Shown here in pieces: positions 37,627-51,512 of a stretch of DNA of 64,000 nt. The notes beneath the pieces were generated by a model. The model was not told the DNA's origin. It made no database searches and worked only from the letters and a program-made list of their open reading frames with translations. The DNA is taken from NCBI GenBank assembly GCA_964016885.1, contig OZ024743.1, positions 241,800,001 to 241,864,000 on the forward strand, written 5' to 3'. A program made the translations under genes and the position numbers. Source of the DNA: Eledone cirrhosa (Eukaryota). Position 1 is the first letter of the stretch, and each line of letters starts with the position of its first letter.

Positions 37627-39060
37627 ATGAACATAGCTAAAAAGGACACATGTTTAGCTCAAGCCAAACTAATAACATCGGAAAAGTTCTGGTGTAGCCA
37701 TTCCCCAATCCGAGATGTTGGCAGAAACACAGAAGAAGACGGTTACATATATATGTTTATCCATAGACATGAAAGAGCCGGAGTCAACAAATTAGGCAAA
37801 GGTAGAAAAAGCACTGAAAGAAATAATGCCCGACATACAACACATCGCCAAATCAAGGCAGTTCGAGGGCATTTCTCTGCTTTTGAAAACGAATCTCTGG
37901 CCGTGAAGCATTCTGTGGTTTTCTGTCGAGTCATGGAGTATATTCTGTACCCCTTCTTATTTCGAAAGAAGGATAGTGAGGGTGAACATTTCCAGAATAC
38001 CACCAGAATTAAACATCAGGAAGATATTGCCCTGCATCCTTCTAGAAGAAATCAACACCATCCTAGAAGTAAAACGAATACGAAGAAGGAAATGTTTGAG
38101 ATCAATAGAGGTCTACTTTGCATCCAACCGGACGACCTCATTTGCCTTTCAGAAGGAGTGGACGTACATGTTTTAATTGAGACAAACCTGTGGTCATCTG
38201 TATGGGCAACGTGGTCACTTTAGAGCTTTCTGCCCCCAACAGAAGACAGGGAACCAGAAACACGCCAACTGCCAACACCAGGCGCTCAAATACCACGCCG
38301 ACAGCAACAGCGAACAACAACACCATTGGCACAAAACACAGCAGTAACAACAACGTCAACACGAACACCAAAGAAACTGCAGCGGCAGTACCTACACCAG
38401 CAAAAGCAACCAACACTACCAACACCACTAGAAAACGCAGCATCGACAGCACCAAGACCAACAACATTGCTAACAGCAGCAACTGAACCACCAACACACC
38501 ACCAACTATAACAACAGACTCCAACAAAACCATCCAGGGCTCCATAAAGAGTGCTCCCCTTTCTTTCTCCTTCTCTCATTCCACTCGCTCTAAACAAATA
38601 CCTACTCATACTGTCACTCCGACCATTATCAAATACATGCACCCCTCTTCTCTTTAACAGAGGAAAATGAAAGAAAAACAACAAAAAAAGGAAAAATAAC
38701 ACACAAAAAGTCAGAAAAGCCACTTCAGAAAACACAAAACCCGCATCAAACACCAACACACTTGAAATAACACCTCCTCTACTACCAACCCAAATGGCAA
38801 CACACCCACCATCGACACCACCATCAAACCTACCTCAGCCACAACCAAAGAAGAACACACGAACACACAAAATCAAGAGAAAACAACAAAACATAGAGAA
38901 AAGGTGTGTGCTTGTAAGAAGGGCCAACCAAGAGCTAATGGACCTCATAGCACAAAGTAAAGAGATTGAGAAGAAGGGAGTACATTTAAAGTGACTGAAA
39001 CTCTAATGATGGTATGAATGTCGCTGGGTGCCTACAAAGGCCTTAGGGTAAGCTTTCTGC
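37627..39060 (+). pseudogene. Decayed ORF1 (gag-like) of a Tx1-type LINE
   Basis: Knuckle remnant HLYGQRGHFRAFCP (about 38194-38236) followed by a Thr/Pro/Asn-rich tract, in the same order as ORF1 at 55413-56789 (CYLCGNRGHLRATCP). Confidence 0.6.
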
Positions 39061-39610
39061 ATGACGTTGGCACCCCTAATGTAAGAAGCACCAGATTTTA
39101 TGTATGTATATATACATACCTGTGTATGTATGTATGTATATGTGTATATATAAATGTATGCGGTTGTGCGTTTGTATTAACAGTATAGGTAAACCTATTA
39201 AGTCCACATAGAATGGAGAACCCAAAGTGTATCACTTAGCGTGAACATGCCTTATAAAAATATTAAATCCACCAAAAGGCGTTTGGTTTCGAAGTCAATC
39301 AATCTGCTAGATACACCAGCCACATCTCCCTCACGTCACCACTTACTCTCTTAAATAAAGGAGGAATATGTTTAATAATATAGAATCATATACCATATGT
39401 CTCAGTGAGGACAGATACGGCTCGAAAACCTTCGGTCGATCTGAGTTCACCAAGGAGTAAACCACAACAATTTGTTCACGCATTTAAAGAGAAAATGCGT
39501 GAAATACTGCAACGGTGTACAACCTGAAAGAAGTAGCAACCAAATGTCTCTTAAATCATATCCTATCTATTTAGAAATAAGAACACATTCTTCAGTACAA
39601 TGCATGAAGT

Positions 39611-39790
39611 ACTAGTGTTGGACTTGCAAAAGTCACTCTTGCAAAATGGGGGTATTTAAAGACTGGAGACGTTCTGTGTGACTAAGACATCGAACCAGGG
39701 ACTATGCAGTACCTCCTGGAACACCCTTGCACACCATTGGATTTGGCAAAGTTTAATGAGAAAGGACAGCATTGTGTTCAGCCTGGCGGA
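39611..39790 (+). pseudogene. C-terminal fragment of a non-LTR ORF2 (RTEX-like)
   Basis: TSVGLAKVTLAKWGY...LCD*..EPGTMQYLL..PCTPLDLAKFN resembles the KWG/C.CG/QTM.H tail of RTEX-type elements. Confidence 0.45.
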
Positions 39791-40375
39791 ACCACATCTA
39801 GCCAAGATTTGTAACTGGCACTCTTATGGACACCACAGGAAGAAATGGGGTACACCATGTTTCAATGAAAGACGGGTGCTGCTTTGATGGTATGCCTGCA
39901 AGATGTGGGCTGAACTAAGACTAATCCCCATCAACAACGGCAACATGGAGAGAGGTGTCTATCTTGTCAACCAAGCGCGACAAAAGAAAGGAAAGTAGTT
40001 GAAATGTTTAATTTATTTCATTACATAAAGTAAATATTTATGAAAATAACTTGAGAAGTTTTCCGTTTCAATGCAAGAACAGAAACTAATGACAGGAATT
40101 CTTTATATTCAGTTCATTAGCGGAAAAGTTTAAATATACAAAACTTTCCAGAAGTTCAACATTTTATAGAATTCATTGTCTGAATATCAACAAAAGAATG
40201 GCGTTGTTTCTGAAAGAGTAATGCTTATTCAGATATAACAACAGAATCAGAGGAAAGAAGTAAATTAAAAAATAAATTTAACTTGTATATACACAGACAT
40301 ATTTTTAAAAAGAAAGAGTGTGCCTCCATGATTGTACAAACACACTGCTTGATAGCACCTATATACTTTCCGAAT

Positions 40376-40780
<405 letters not shown>

Positions 40781-41435
40781 GTATATATATTATATTATGT
40801 CATAAATTGTGTTTTATTTTTTTCGCATGAACATGCATACAGTACCTAAATATGCATATTCACATATACATTATATACATATATATATTTATATATATAT
40901 ATATGTCTGTGTATGTGTGAGTCTGTCTGTGTATAAATATATATATATATATATGTATGTATATGTTTATGTTTGTACATACGCACATGGAACTATTTAT
41001 ATGTGTTTGTACGCGTATATAGGTATATATATATAGTACAAACATACACACATACATAAACACATACGCACATACATTTATTCATACATAAACATGTACA
41101 CACATGCATGCATACATACATACATACATACATACATACATACATACATACATACATACATACATACATACATACATACACCTTATTTGTAGGAACAGCA
41201 ATCAGTGATATTCAATAAATATTAATCTTCGTTTAGTGTTTTGTTTGACTAACGTTATTTTCGTATTTTTTTTGTTTGCCAGTATTATTTTCTTTTGTTT
41301 TTTTCTTATTTATTTCTACCTCTAACATTGAAGAGTTCTAAACTCCTTCCATTATCAAATTAGAAGCTACATTTAATTCTAGGTTTGCATCCAAAATATA
41401 TCTATACAGAGTGGTAACAACACCATCACCACCTT

Positions 41436-41477
41436 CATCATCATCATCATCCTCATCAGAAGCTTTTCGATCATCAA

Positions 41478-41517
<40 letters not shown>

Positions 41518-41526
41518 ATTATTATT

Positions 41527-41586
<60 letters not shown>

Positions 41587-41603
41587 ATAAATATTGATGT
41601 TGA

Positions 41604-41655
<52 letters not shown>
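41436..41655. repeat. Compound trinucleotide array (TCA)n/(ATT)n/(GTT)n/(GTA)n
   Basis: Direct reading. Confidence 0.95.
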
Positions 41656-41782
41656 TTTTGTTCTAGGAGGAGGCATGTACTGGCATTTGTAGTAATTTCA
41701 CAAATAATTCTTCCCTTTCTCTCTCTTTCATCGGTTTTCTCTTTCTGTTTCTCCTTCACCCAGTACACTCTCTAACGCTTTT

Positions 41783-41998
41783 TCTCTACCTCTTTCTCTG
41801 TCATACACTCTCTACCTCTCTACCTCTTTCACTGTCATACACTCTCTACCTCTCTACCTCTTTCACTGTCATACACTCTCTACCTCTCTACCTCTTTCTC
41901 TGTCATACACTCTCTACCTCTCTACCTCTTTCACTGTCATACACTCTCTACCTCTCTACCTCTTTCACTGTCATACACTCTCTACCTCTCTACCTCTT
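41783..41998. repeat. 34-bp minisatellite, about 6 copies, followed by a ~650 bp CT-rich tract
   Basis: Unit tctctacctctctacctctttcactgtcatacac; tcatacac recurs at 41801, 41835 and onward. Confidence 0.92.
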
Positions 41999-43117
41999 TG
42001 TCTGTCCGTCTTTACTCTCTTAATGTCGCTCTCGCTCTTTCTTCACACGAACACCTTCTATCTCTTTATTTCTCTCTTTCTCTATCGCTCTCTCTCTCTC
42101 TCTCTCTTCCACTCTCTCTTTCGCTTTTCACAAACTCTCAATCCTCCTACATCTCTCTCCTTCTCTTTCTCTTTCTATTTCACAAACTCTCAATCCTCCT
42201 ACATCTCTATCCTTCTCTTTCTCTTTCTATTTCACAAACTCTCAATCTCTCCACCACTCTCCTCCTCTCTCTCCACCTCCTCACCCTCTCCCTCTCTCTT
42301 TCACTCCACTATCTCTTCCCTCTTTTACTCTCTACCAGTCTCTTTACTGCTCTCTCTTTCTCTCATCTCTCGTGTCTCTCTTTCTCGTCTCCCTTCCTCT
42401 CTCTCTCTCTCTCTCTCTTTCACTCCACAATATCTTCTCTGTTTCCCTCTCTACCACTCACTTTACCGCTCTCTCTCTCTATTTTTTTTTGTCTCTAGTC
42501 TCCCCCTCTCATTTACCTTTCTCCCACTCTCTCTCTCTTTCTTTCTCTCTCTCTCTCTCTATCTATCTCTTTCTCCCCCCCCCTCTCTCTCTCTTTCACG
42601 CATTATCAGTACTTCTACCATTCTCTCTCTGACCACTCTCTCTCTCTCTCCTATGAAAATAACATTAACTGTCTTCCAATTTTTCCTATTTTTCCTCTTT
42701 CGTTCAATTTCCTTACAATGTTTCATCCATGTGTTTTATTCAAACACATTCCTCCATAATTCTTCTATTCTTCTTCTCACATTTGCTTTCCATAACTTCC
42801 ATCTTTTACCAAAATATATTAAACATCTCTCTATTGCAATTTACTTCAAACATTCATTCCTTCCATTTACACTGTTTGTTTCGACATTTATTTTAAATAT
42901 ATTTTTATTTCGTTACATTTTTTTGTTCTCTTCTATTTGATTACCATTTTTGATTGTTTTATATTTTAGTTATTGTTATTGTTATTATTGTTGTTGTTCT
43001 TTTTAAACTTCGTTGTTTGTTGTTTTTTCACTTAAATAGCATTTCAAATAATTACTTTTCTTGTATACATATGCTTGCACACATACACACGATTCTATAA
43101 TTATATCTGCATATATA

Positions 43118-43212
<95 letters not shown>

Positions 43213-43328
43213 CCTGTGTGTATACATATATGTATGTATATGAACAAGTACATTTTTGTCTAGAAGCAAGAGAAAGAGAGTACTCAATACGTTATGTGAT
43301 TAACTTCTGAAGTGTTTTCAAATTCATG

Positions 43329-43390
<62 letters not shown>

Positions 43391-43420
43391 TATATATAAA
43401 TATATATAAATATAGACATT

Positions 43421-43509
<89 letters not shown>

Positions 43510-43654
43510 CCGTAACTTCTGACAGGCTCATAGGGGCGCCGTATAGATATACAGCGCATTTTGACGGATCCCATGCTTTCCCGGGCCTGAGTACAGCAGA
43601 TTTCTTCCGGTGAAAGATAGAAAGTGGGAGAGAGGAAATGAGAAAGAGATATAG

Positions 43655-43745
43655 TGGAAGAATCCATCCCAGTACTAGAACCATATTTTTTTATCGACCT
43701 CGAAAGGATGAAAGTCAAAGTTGGCATCGGCGGGATTTGAATTCA
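43655..43745 (-). mobile_element. CORE-type SINE fragment
   Basis: ttatcgacctcgaaaggatgaaag...gcgggatttgaa. Confidence 0.65.
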
Positions 43746-44224
43746 TATATATATTTAAAGTATATACATAAATGTGTGTGTATATGTATAGAGAGAGAGA
43801 AAAAGGAGACAGAAAGATGGCTAGATTCTAGGAGAGATTGTTTATTAATTTATATACTCTCACTGACAGTAAACCAATACAAACATGAAGCAGTTGGACG
43901 TCCCTTATTTACGGCCACCCGCCTTCAACTCCGTAGTGTTACCAGCAGTACAATTATTTATAAATCCATCTGACACATCTGGATTATTTTCCTTGCTTCG
44001 GTAAGTTGTCTAACTCTTGTCTAACTCTTAGTTCAAGAAAGTTTGAGATGTACTGATGTATGCTAAATATGAGTAGGAAAATATTGTTTTGTGTATTATG
44101 GAGAAAATATAAGATGAAAGAGAAAACCTAAAAAATAAGAAATTTAGATGAAATGCTACTGAGGTAGTGTGTAATAATTCAATAATGATATGTTTAATAT
44201 TAATGCATGCGTACATTTCTACGT

Positions 44225-44860
44225 ATTTAGAGAGTACTTATAAAGGAGGTAGCATTTCGTAAAGATTTCTGATCTTCTATTTGGATCCTTCCCGGAATTG
44301 TTGATGTTGTTCAATATGTGCCTCTTCTCAGCTTTACATAAATAGCACATCCCCCACCCTATTTGATGTATACTATGCTCCCTCCATCATTTTGCAGTTT
44401 ATGTCAAAATCAGAATCATTTCTCTTTTAAAATTTCAGACATAAATTGCAGATATGCAGTAATATTTTCTCTGTGTTTGAATCATAATTTAAACAATGTT
44501 TAAAGCTACTGGCCTTTTCCCATATCGATAAAAGGCTTAGATTCTTTAGTGTGGTTTGGTTTAGTTGATTTGTCCTCTGCTTCTATTGCGTTTATACTTC
44601 CTGGCCTAGTTCATTGGGGTATCTCTATGTGTAGATAGCTTCAGTGTATTTTTCTCGACCTTTATATTATAATAATTTTCCTATTCAGAATACAGATGTA
44701 ACTCATTTTTCGGTAGTTCCTGTTAATGAATTTGCTACGGCCGCGTTTAACAGAGGAATGAGTGTTTATATAGGTTAAGACACGTTTGGCATTATTTGAT
44801 TTACAATTTAAGGGAAAACTGGGTATAATCCATACTATTTTGCAGGGTTTTTTCTTACTG
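44225..44860 (-). pseudogene. Old decayed Penelope-like (Naiad-type) fragment
   Basis: KIVWIIPSFPLNCKSNNAK (compare RNIIWFAPPPFSLNIKTHIAK), NTLKLS (compare HTIKLT) and C-terminal CYLCKAEKRHIL...NRRSEIFTKC. Confidence 0.65.
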
Positions 44861-45828
44861 TTTACGGCTGGAGGCGTTAAGTGGGTAAATGAACTTATCT
44901 TTAGCTCCTCTAGCAGCCAAACCATTTGTTAAATGAGGTTTGGGGAACCTCAATTATTTTATTACAAATTAACAGCAGTAAATTATTGAGGCTATGTTAA
45001 CTACATATGGCTTTCAGATTATAAGAAACATGAAACGTTTTATATACAGTACGTTTGTGTTATTGTATTTTTAAAGCGTGAAGAAATGTTTGTTTGAAGA
45101 AGCAGGAAGTAATATTTGCTTAATGTATTGGAAAATTATCACAGATTGACATCTCACCTTCAACTCATATATATGTAATTGATCTACAGTAATTTCTCTT
45201 AACGAGAAACGAATAAATAAATTATTGTGTACGTTTCCTAGGTGTACAGTTTTGTAGTTGTTTGTTCAACTGTATAAGTGTCCAACTAGTGATAAATTAA
45301 AGTGATAAATTAGTAGCTTGTGTGACAAATTTGTAGTTTGTGCAAATAAGAAATTTCAAATGTCATCTTAGCATCTAGTTCATAAATTATGTAACATTTT
45401 ACTACTTACCATATCTGGATGCTGAGACTGAATTAACAGATCTTTAATGACATAAACACTCTCAAAATGTTACCAGCTGTTCTTTCCTACTAATTTCTCT
45501 TTGTTTCCAAGGAGTGTTTGACGTCTATTACCGATATAAATGACATCATCATAATCATCATCATTGCTGTTATTGCTCTCGGTTAATCTTACATCATCAT
45601 TCAAGAACAAAGCAAGCATTTATTCGTGTTTTCGGATGTTTTAAAGCTCTATATAATCCTTTGGATACATTATTCAAACTGTGCCTCGGTCATCAAGGCA
45701 GGTGGGGACCATCCATTTTTTTAGATTTTCATCGGGGAATAAAACCATTTCTCTGGATACAATCGAGTATCGTATAAGAGTCTTAAACTTCTCCAATATC
45801 TGGATTATATCAATAGTATTCAGAAATG

Positions 45829-46050
45829 TAGGCAGCAAATAGGCAGAAGCGTTAGAACGTCGAATAGAAGGCTTTCTGGTATTCCTTCCGGCTCTCTACG
45901 CTATGAGTTCAAATCCCGTCGAGGTCAGCTTTGCCTTTCAACATACTGTGGTCAATAAATAAACATAAAATATCAATTAAGTACTGGAGTCGATATATTC
46001 AACTTCAACATCTCCGAAAAGGTTTGGTCTTAAACGAACATTAGAAATCA
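45829..46050 (+). mobile_element. Diverged CORE-type SINE
   Basis: aggcagaagcg A-box-like segment, gagttcaaatccc B box, CORE. Confidence 0.7.
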
Positions 46051-49038
46051 ATAAGTAGTGTATATAGCGCCAAGTATATTTCTCTACTAAAATATCATTT
46101 CTAAACTATTTATTTCACAACGTTTCTTAGTATTGAAAGGATATGAACATATATATAAAATTAAATTTGGAAAATGTCTAACATTTTAATTAAAGAGGTT
46201 TTACTAGTATTCCAAATAATTTCAAATGACAAATGTTTATACTTGAAACTGAAAAGTTTTTAATATTGATATTTTTATAAAAATTACTATTATTACCGTT
46301 AGAAATATTTATATGTAACCCTCTATGAGGGCATGTTGAAAGGTTTGTTTTAAATAGCAATTCTTGAAAACATCAATAAAAATAATGTTTAATTATAATC
46401 TCAAATGGAAGATGTATATAAATATCATTTGATAAATGGGAATGTATTGTCGATATATTTTCCAGTTTTAACACATTCATTTACATATATCTACATATTT
46501 CTGTATTGCAAATGTATTCGACTATCTGTATTGATACTTCGCTATAGAAATGCAGCTCTTCAATTGAAATATGTAGACTTTCTTGAACATATTTTTACAA
46601 TTTTTCGTTTAGTGTGCTTGTTAAGTTCGTTCTTATTTCATCTAATATTGTTTTAGACTAGATATTAGTTAGACTAGATATTTAGACTAGATATTTCTAT
46701 TATCGGTGATTTTTTATCATTTATCACTTTTTTCCCTAATCCACTATTTAAACCAACATTATCTAAATGATATATATAAAAAGACTTTAACCCATCCTGG
46801 TAGAAAACGAACACCTGTGCAATAATGATAAATTTGAATTCTCACAGATAAGTAGTAATGTATTGATAGATACACCATCCAGTAATTTTCAAAGTCACAA
46901 ATAATTTTGTTAATATGTAGGATATATTTCTTTAATAACCGTCGTTTTGTAATATCCCTTATTCCTATTTTATATAAAAGACCAATTATTTCTGATGTAG
47001 CTCGGTTATGAAACAAACTGATAAAATAATACGTTTAAAATTTACATTTTTACTTAAATAGATATCCTACTCGTACAATTCAGATATTTATGATTGCGTT
47101 ATATGTGCAGCTTTAGCTGGAAATATATAAATTAAACTATTAAGATTCGAGATATTCAGTATGTCTTTCATCAATTAAAACCTTTAAGTCATTCCGTTTC
47201 TCAGATATGTAAAAATTATTTAAACTTTGCTGAATAACTTTCCAAATATAACAGCATATAACCCAGTTGATAACAGCAATTTGAATCAAATTCAAAGGTT
47301 TAGAAATACATCTGCACGGTATCTATATAAAAGTGAAAATATTAGCAAATATGTATTGATATTTCGTTCAGGAATATCAAGTCAGAGTCTTCTCACGTAG
47401 CAACAATCGACACTGCTTAATTTCTCTGTAGTGCTAAATGTAAACTTTTAAAACATGTTTCTTATTTGACTACATTGATGTTGGTAGCTATACAAATTGA
47501 ACTACCAGTTATAAGGTAATTTCTAAAATAAATTTCATATCAGAGCCACTTGAATGTGTGGTCGATCTGACCATTTCCAGTACATCAGACGCTCTACCTG
47601 CGCATTTACCATCCAACTTACAGTCTATCTCAATTACAGAATCTAACCCTAAACCTAACCGGGTATACAGGTTAGATGATTAGATAATGTTGACTACCAC
47701 TACTGCAATAAACTGCACACTAAAATAGTACCTTTATATTAATATAGATTTGATTTCTTTAAGCAATTGCCGACTTCCATCCAACCAAAGTTCCAGCCGA
47801 CAAAATTGTTTTGTAGATCAAGTATTTCATAAGAAATACCGTCTCTATTTCAGTGGAACGATTTTATGCTTTCAAAAAATCCAATCTTATTTTGCTTTTC
47901 AATAACATTTTTACAAATCACTATTAAGTCGAACAAAATATATCTTATTCACACAATTTCTTCTGTAATTTATGATTTCGATCTACAAATTTGTTGTTTT
48001 TTCCTTCGTGTTGTGGGAGTTCTTTTTTCTTTACTTTTTTTTTGCCGTGAATGCCCTAAATAATTTCTTTTAACGGCACTCTATTATATACTAAAATAAA
48101 ATGGTTCTTTATTTATATAAAAAGACATAAGTAATCACTTATCAAGACGGATACTTGGAGCATAAACTTACGGAAAGTAATAATTAAAAATTTAATGAGT
48201 CACCTTCTTCAACACAATGTGTATGTGTATATAGTAACGCCATGTTGTATACTCCTTTATTTATTACTACAATCATAAATCCATGTTATAATATCTTATA
48301 ATCATGCAATAAAGTAAGATGCGATCAATACAAATGAAAGATCGCACTTTGTTGGAGTCCAAGAAACAATAACTCTGGCCAACCAACTGTTCAGCTTTAG
48401 AGAAGAGTAGTTTTAGAGTCCAGAAAAACTATAACCCTCTGGCCAATTGGTCAGTCTTAATGAAGGATCATATTTTGTACGTTTCCTAGGTGTTCAACCA
48501 ACTGGTCAGTCGTAGAGAAGATTTGTATTATAGTTCAAGAAGCAATAATTGTTTAACCAACTGGTTAGTCTCAGAGAAGGTTTGTATATTCTTTACTATC
48601 CACATATCCAGGTTTATCTAATTTATGTATTTAAATTTTAGTACCTACGAATTTCAAGTTTCCATGGTTATTACTGCTACATCTACGTATGAACTGCACT
48701 ACATGTATAATCCTAATAAAATGTTAACAGAGTGGAATTACTCCCCAAATTATGTGCCCACACAACCACCGTCCCCAGAAATTTGAAAATATACTCCACA
48801 CAATAGAGATAATTTTAATAAGAGTTAAAAACTGTAGGTTGAAAGAATTGGGTAAAGTAATCTACTACTTAACAATTATTGATGTAGATTTCGGGCCATG
48901 TTTATTCCCTTTCCTTACGAAATATAAGAGGAAAAAGCTGCAGCAGTAACAAGAAAAGGATGCATTAAAGGGAAGAAGAGTGAAAGAGAGAGATGAAGAA
49001 ATAAATTAAATGTAATGATAGGGAGAACACCCGTCAAA

Positions 49039-49215
49039 TAATTGTTTCTACTTTTTGGCACAATGCCAGCAATTACCCCAGTGCATTACTGCTACTTTAT
49101 TTTAGCAACACGGTAAGGATAAAAGGCAAAGTTAACCTCGGCGAGATTTGAACTCAGAAAAGGCTATAACTCTATGCTGCAAAGCATGGTGTTTGACGCT
49201 CTACCAATGCTGCTA
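49039..49215 (-). mobile_element. CORE-type SINE
   Basis: Homology to 21241-21427. Confidence 0.85.
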
Positions 49216-49266
49216 ATGCACCGCCCACACTCGTCAAATAATGCCATACACACACCTGCAAAGTTA

Positions 49267-49310
<44 letters not shown>

Positions 49311-49353
49311 GATACATATACACACAAACACACACACACACACATATATATGC

Positions 49354-49403
<50 letters not shown>

Positions 49404-49584
49404 CGAGAAAATAGATATACAGATATATATACATACATATACATAACGCACATACATGCATACGTTCAAAAGTACCTCCATATAGCCACCTACACATGCA
49501 CACACATAGGTGAATAGATAGATAGTAACGCCATGTTGTATACTCCTTTATTTATTATTACAATCTGCACTAGATAGATAGATA

Positions 49585-51190
49585 AATTTCTATTTATTAA
49601 ACACAAGGGCGCACACAAATGGAACAGTACAATGACATATGGCGGGGATTTTACATGTAGTCGAGTAAGAAATGAAAATAACAAGTTTAACAAAGAAAAT
49701 CAACAATCGAAATCCCCAATAGGAGGGGGGTAGGCGCTTCAACGGGTTGTTACATACCCCGTATAAATAACAACCCTCAACTCCAGGAGCACGAAATGCA
49801 AGTGCTCCTTTCCTCCTTTCTTCCTCTTCCTTGACCTACAGGTTTATATACAGAGAAGGCCCAATGACTCGGGCCATTTTCGCTACATTCACTCACCTTT
49901 CAGCAAATTGGCTCGGATGCAGCGCCACTCCCTCCACTCTTATTTTCCTTCTGAAATGGTATCTAAAGAAGGTAATAAGTTGTTGTCCGGAGAGAAAGGC
50001 ATCTGTCCTCAGCCCTCTCAATCTCGTCCACCATATTACCTCTTTCGCCATAGCCACCATACAGAGAAAAACCGCGTCTCCTTCGTTTTTAACGGGGGGC
50101 GGCGGTTTTATTCTCACAATGTTCTCGGCGGTCAACTGTAGGTGTCCCACACTTGATCAATGTCAATAACGCCTATCAGAATCCACCAGACCTTTACGTT
50201 TGGTGGAATGTTTGCAATTTTTATTTTTTGAGTCCTTTTTCCGTGTATGTAGCGAAAAAGGTGTATGCAGAAGACACAATTGGAGCCACAGAATATTTCT
50301 GGGCCGTCAATTGGTCCTTCATTAAAATGGAAATTCTGCCATACAGCTTTCCTCTTTGTATGAAGGCAATGTCCTTCATTACGTCTCTCAGGGTCAGTTC
50401 AATCTCATTATGTGTGAGTTGAACTGGCCTCCTCGTCTCATTCGAAAGGGTTCGAAAGAGGAGGGTCCTCAGTATTGTGGCCCTACGCACTTCCGGAGGA
50501 GAGTTGATGCTGAAAGCTCCACTTTCTCCGAAAGTTACATAAGGTTTACTTTCAGTAACATCTCCTTAGCATTCGAAATCTCTAAGGGGATGTATTGTTC
50601 AGTCTTTTTCACTGTTTATGCAACAGATGATTTCTTCTTGTTGTTGGTGGTGGCGTTGCTGTCGTCGTTGTTGTTGTTGTTGCTGTTGTTGCTGCTGGTG
50701 TTGTTGCTGCTGTTACAACTGCTGTTACTGCTGTTGCTGCTGTTGCTGTCGGCGTTGCTGCTATTGTTGTTGTTGTTGTTGTTCTCTTTGTTGTTGTTGT
50801 TAGTGTTGTTGCCCGTTTCGTAATTGGTGGTGTTGTATTTCTCTCTCGGCTTCTCTATCGAGTCAGACTTTCTTTGTTTGCTAGGCAATAAGCCTATTTT
50901 AGCAAGAGGAGTTATTCCAACTTCCTCTCTTTCTCCGCATTCAATTCTCGTGCTGATGTCAGCAGCAGGAGTTGAAGTGAGCGTAACATTAATTTCGGCC
51001 ATATTTCTTTTTTTAATTCCAGAGTTTGGATAATAATTTCCGCCCCTGATGGGGCGAAAAATTAAGGCCCCCCACCAGCTAACAAGAGACGGGTGGTTAA
51101 TAAACAGATTGAAATAATTTCCAATATAATTAAACGCATATTTACGATAAAATTCAAGAAAAACTTACCAGCGACCTGTCGCACAGCTAT
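49585..51190 (-). mobile_element. Internally deleted Tx1-clade LINE (5' half of ORF1 fused to the end of ORF2)
   Basis: ORF1 pieces 50616-51002 and 50221-50490 and the ORF2 tail 49893-50150 are homologous to the two longer copies; junction near 50155; AATAAA then (TATC)n at the 3' end. Confidence 0.88.
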
Positions 51191-51197
51191 CCAAGAA

Positions 51198-51248
<51 letters not shown>

Positions 51249-51512
51249 TGTTTCTTTTATTTGCCACCAGGGCATCAAAAGTGGGACAAGTAGAAAGGGG
51301 GGAGTTTACACAAAAAGGCGTCCTCATTAAGGAGGAGGCAATAACAAAATATAAAAATAAAATAAAATATAACAAAAAATAAAATTTATAACAAAATCCT
51401 CAATAGAGAGGAGGCGCCTTGGGGGGTCGCACACACCCCCGAAAAAAGTGTGCAACCCTTTTCCTCAGGAGCACAGAGAGGGGGTGCTCTCTCGTTCCTT
51501 CCTCTTTTCCAC

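Noticed and set aside
41783-41998. Regularly spaced 34-bp repeats as a CRISPR array
   Set aside because: The units are contiguous with no unique spacers, there are no cas genes, and the context is eukaryotic.
50140-50170. Internal deletion of the short Tx1 copy as a splicing product
   Set aside because: The junction lies mid-ORF1, not at the GT donor overlapping the ORF1 stop, and shows no clear splice-site match.
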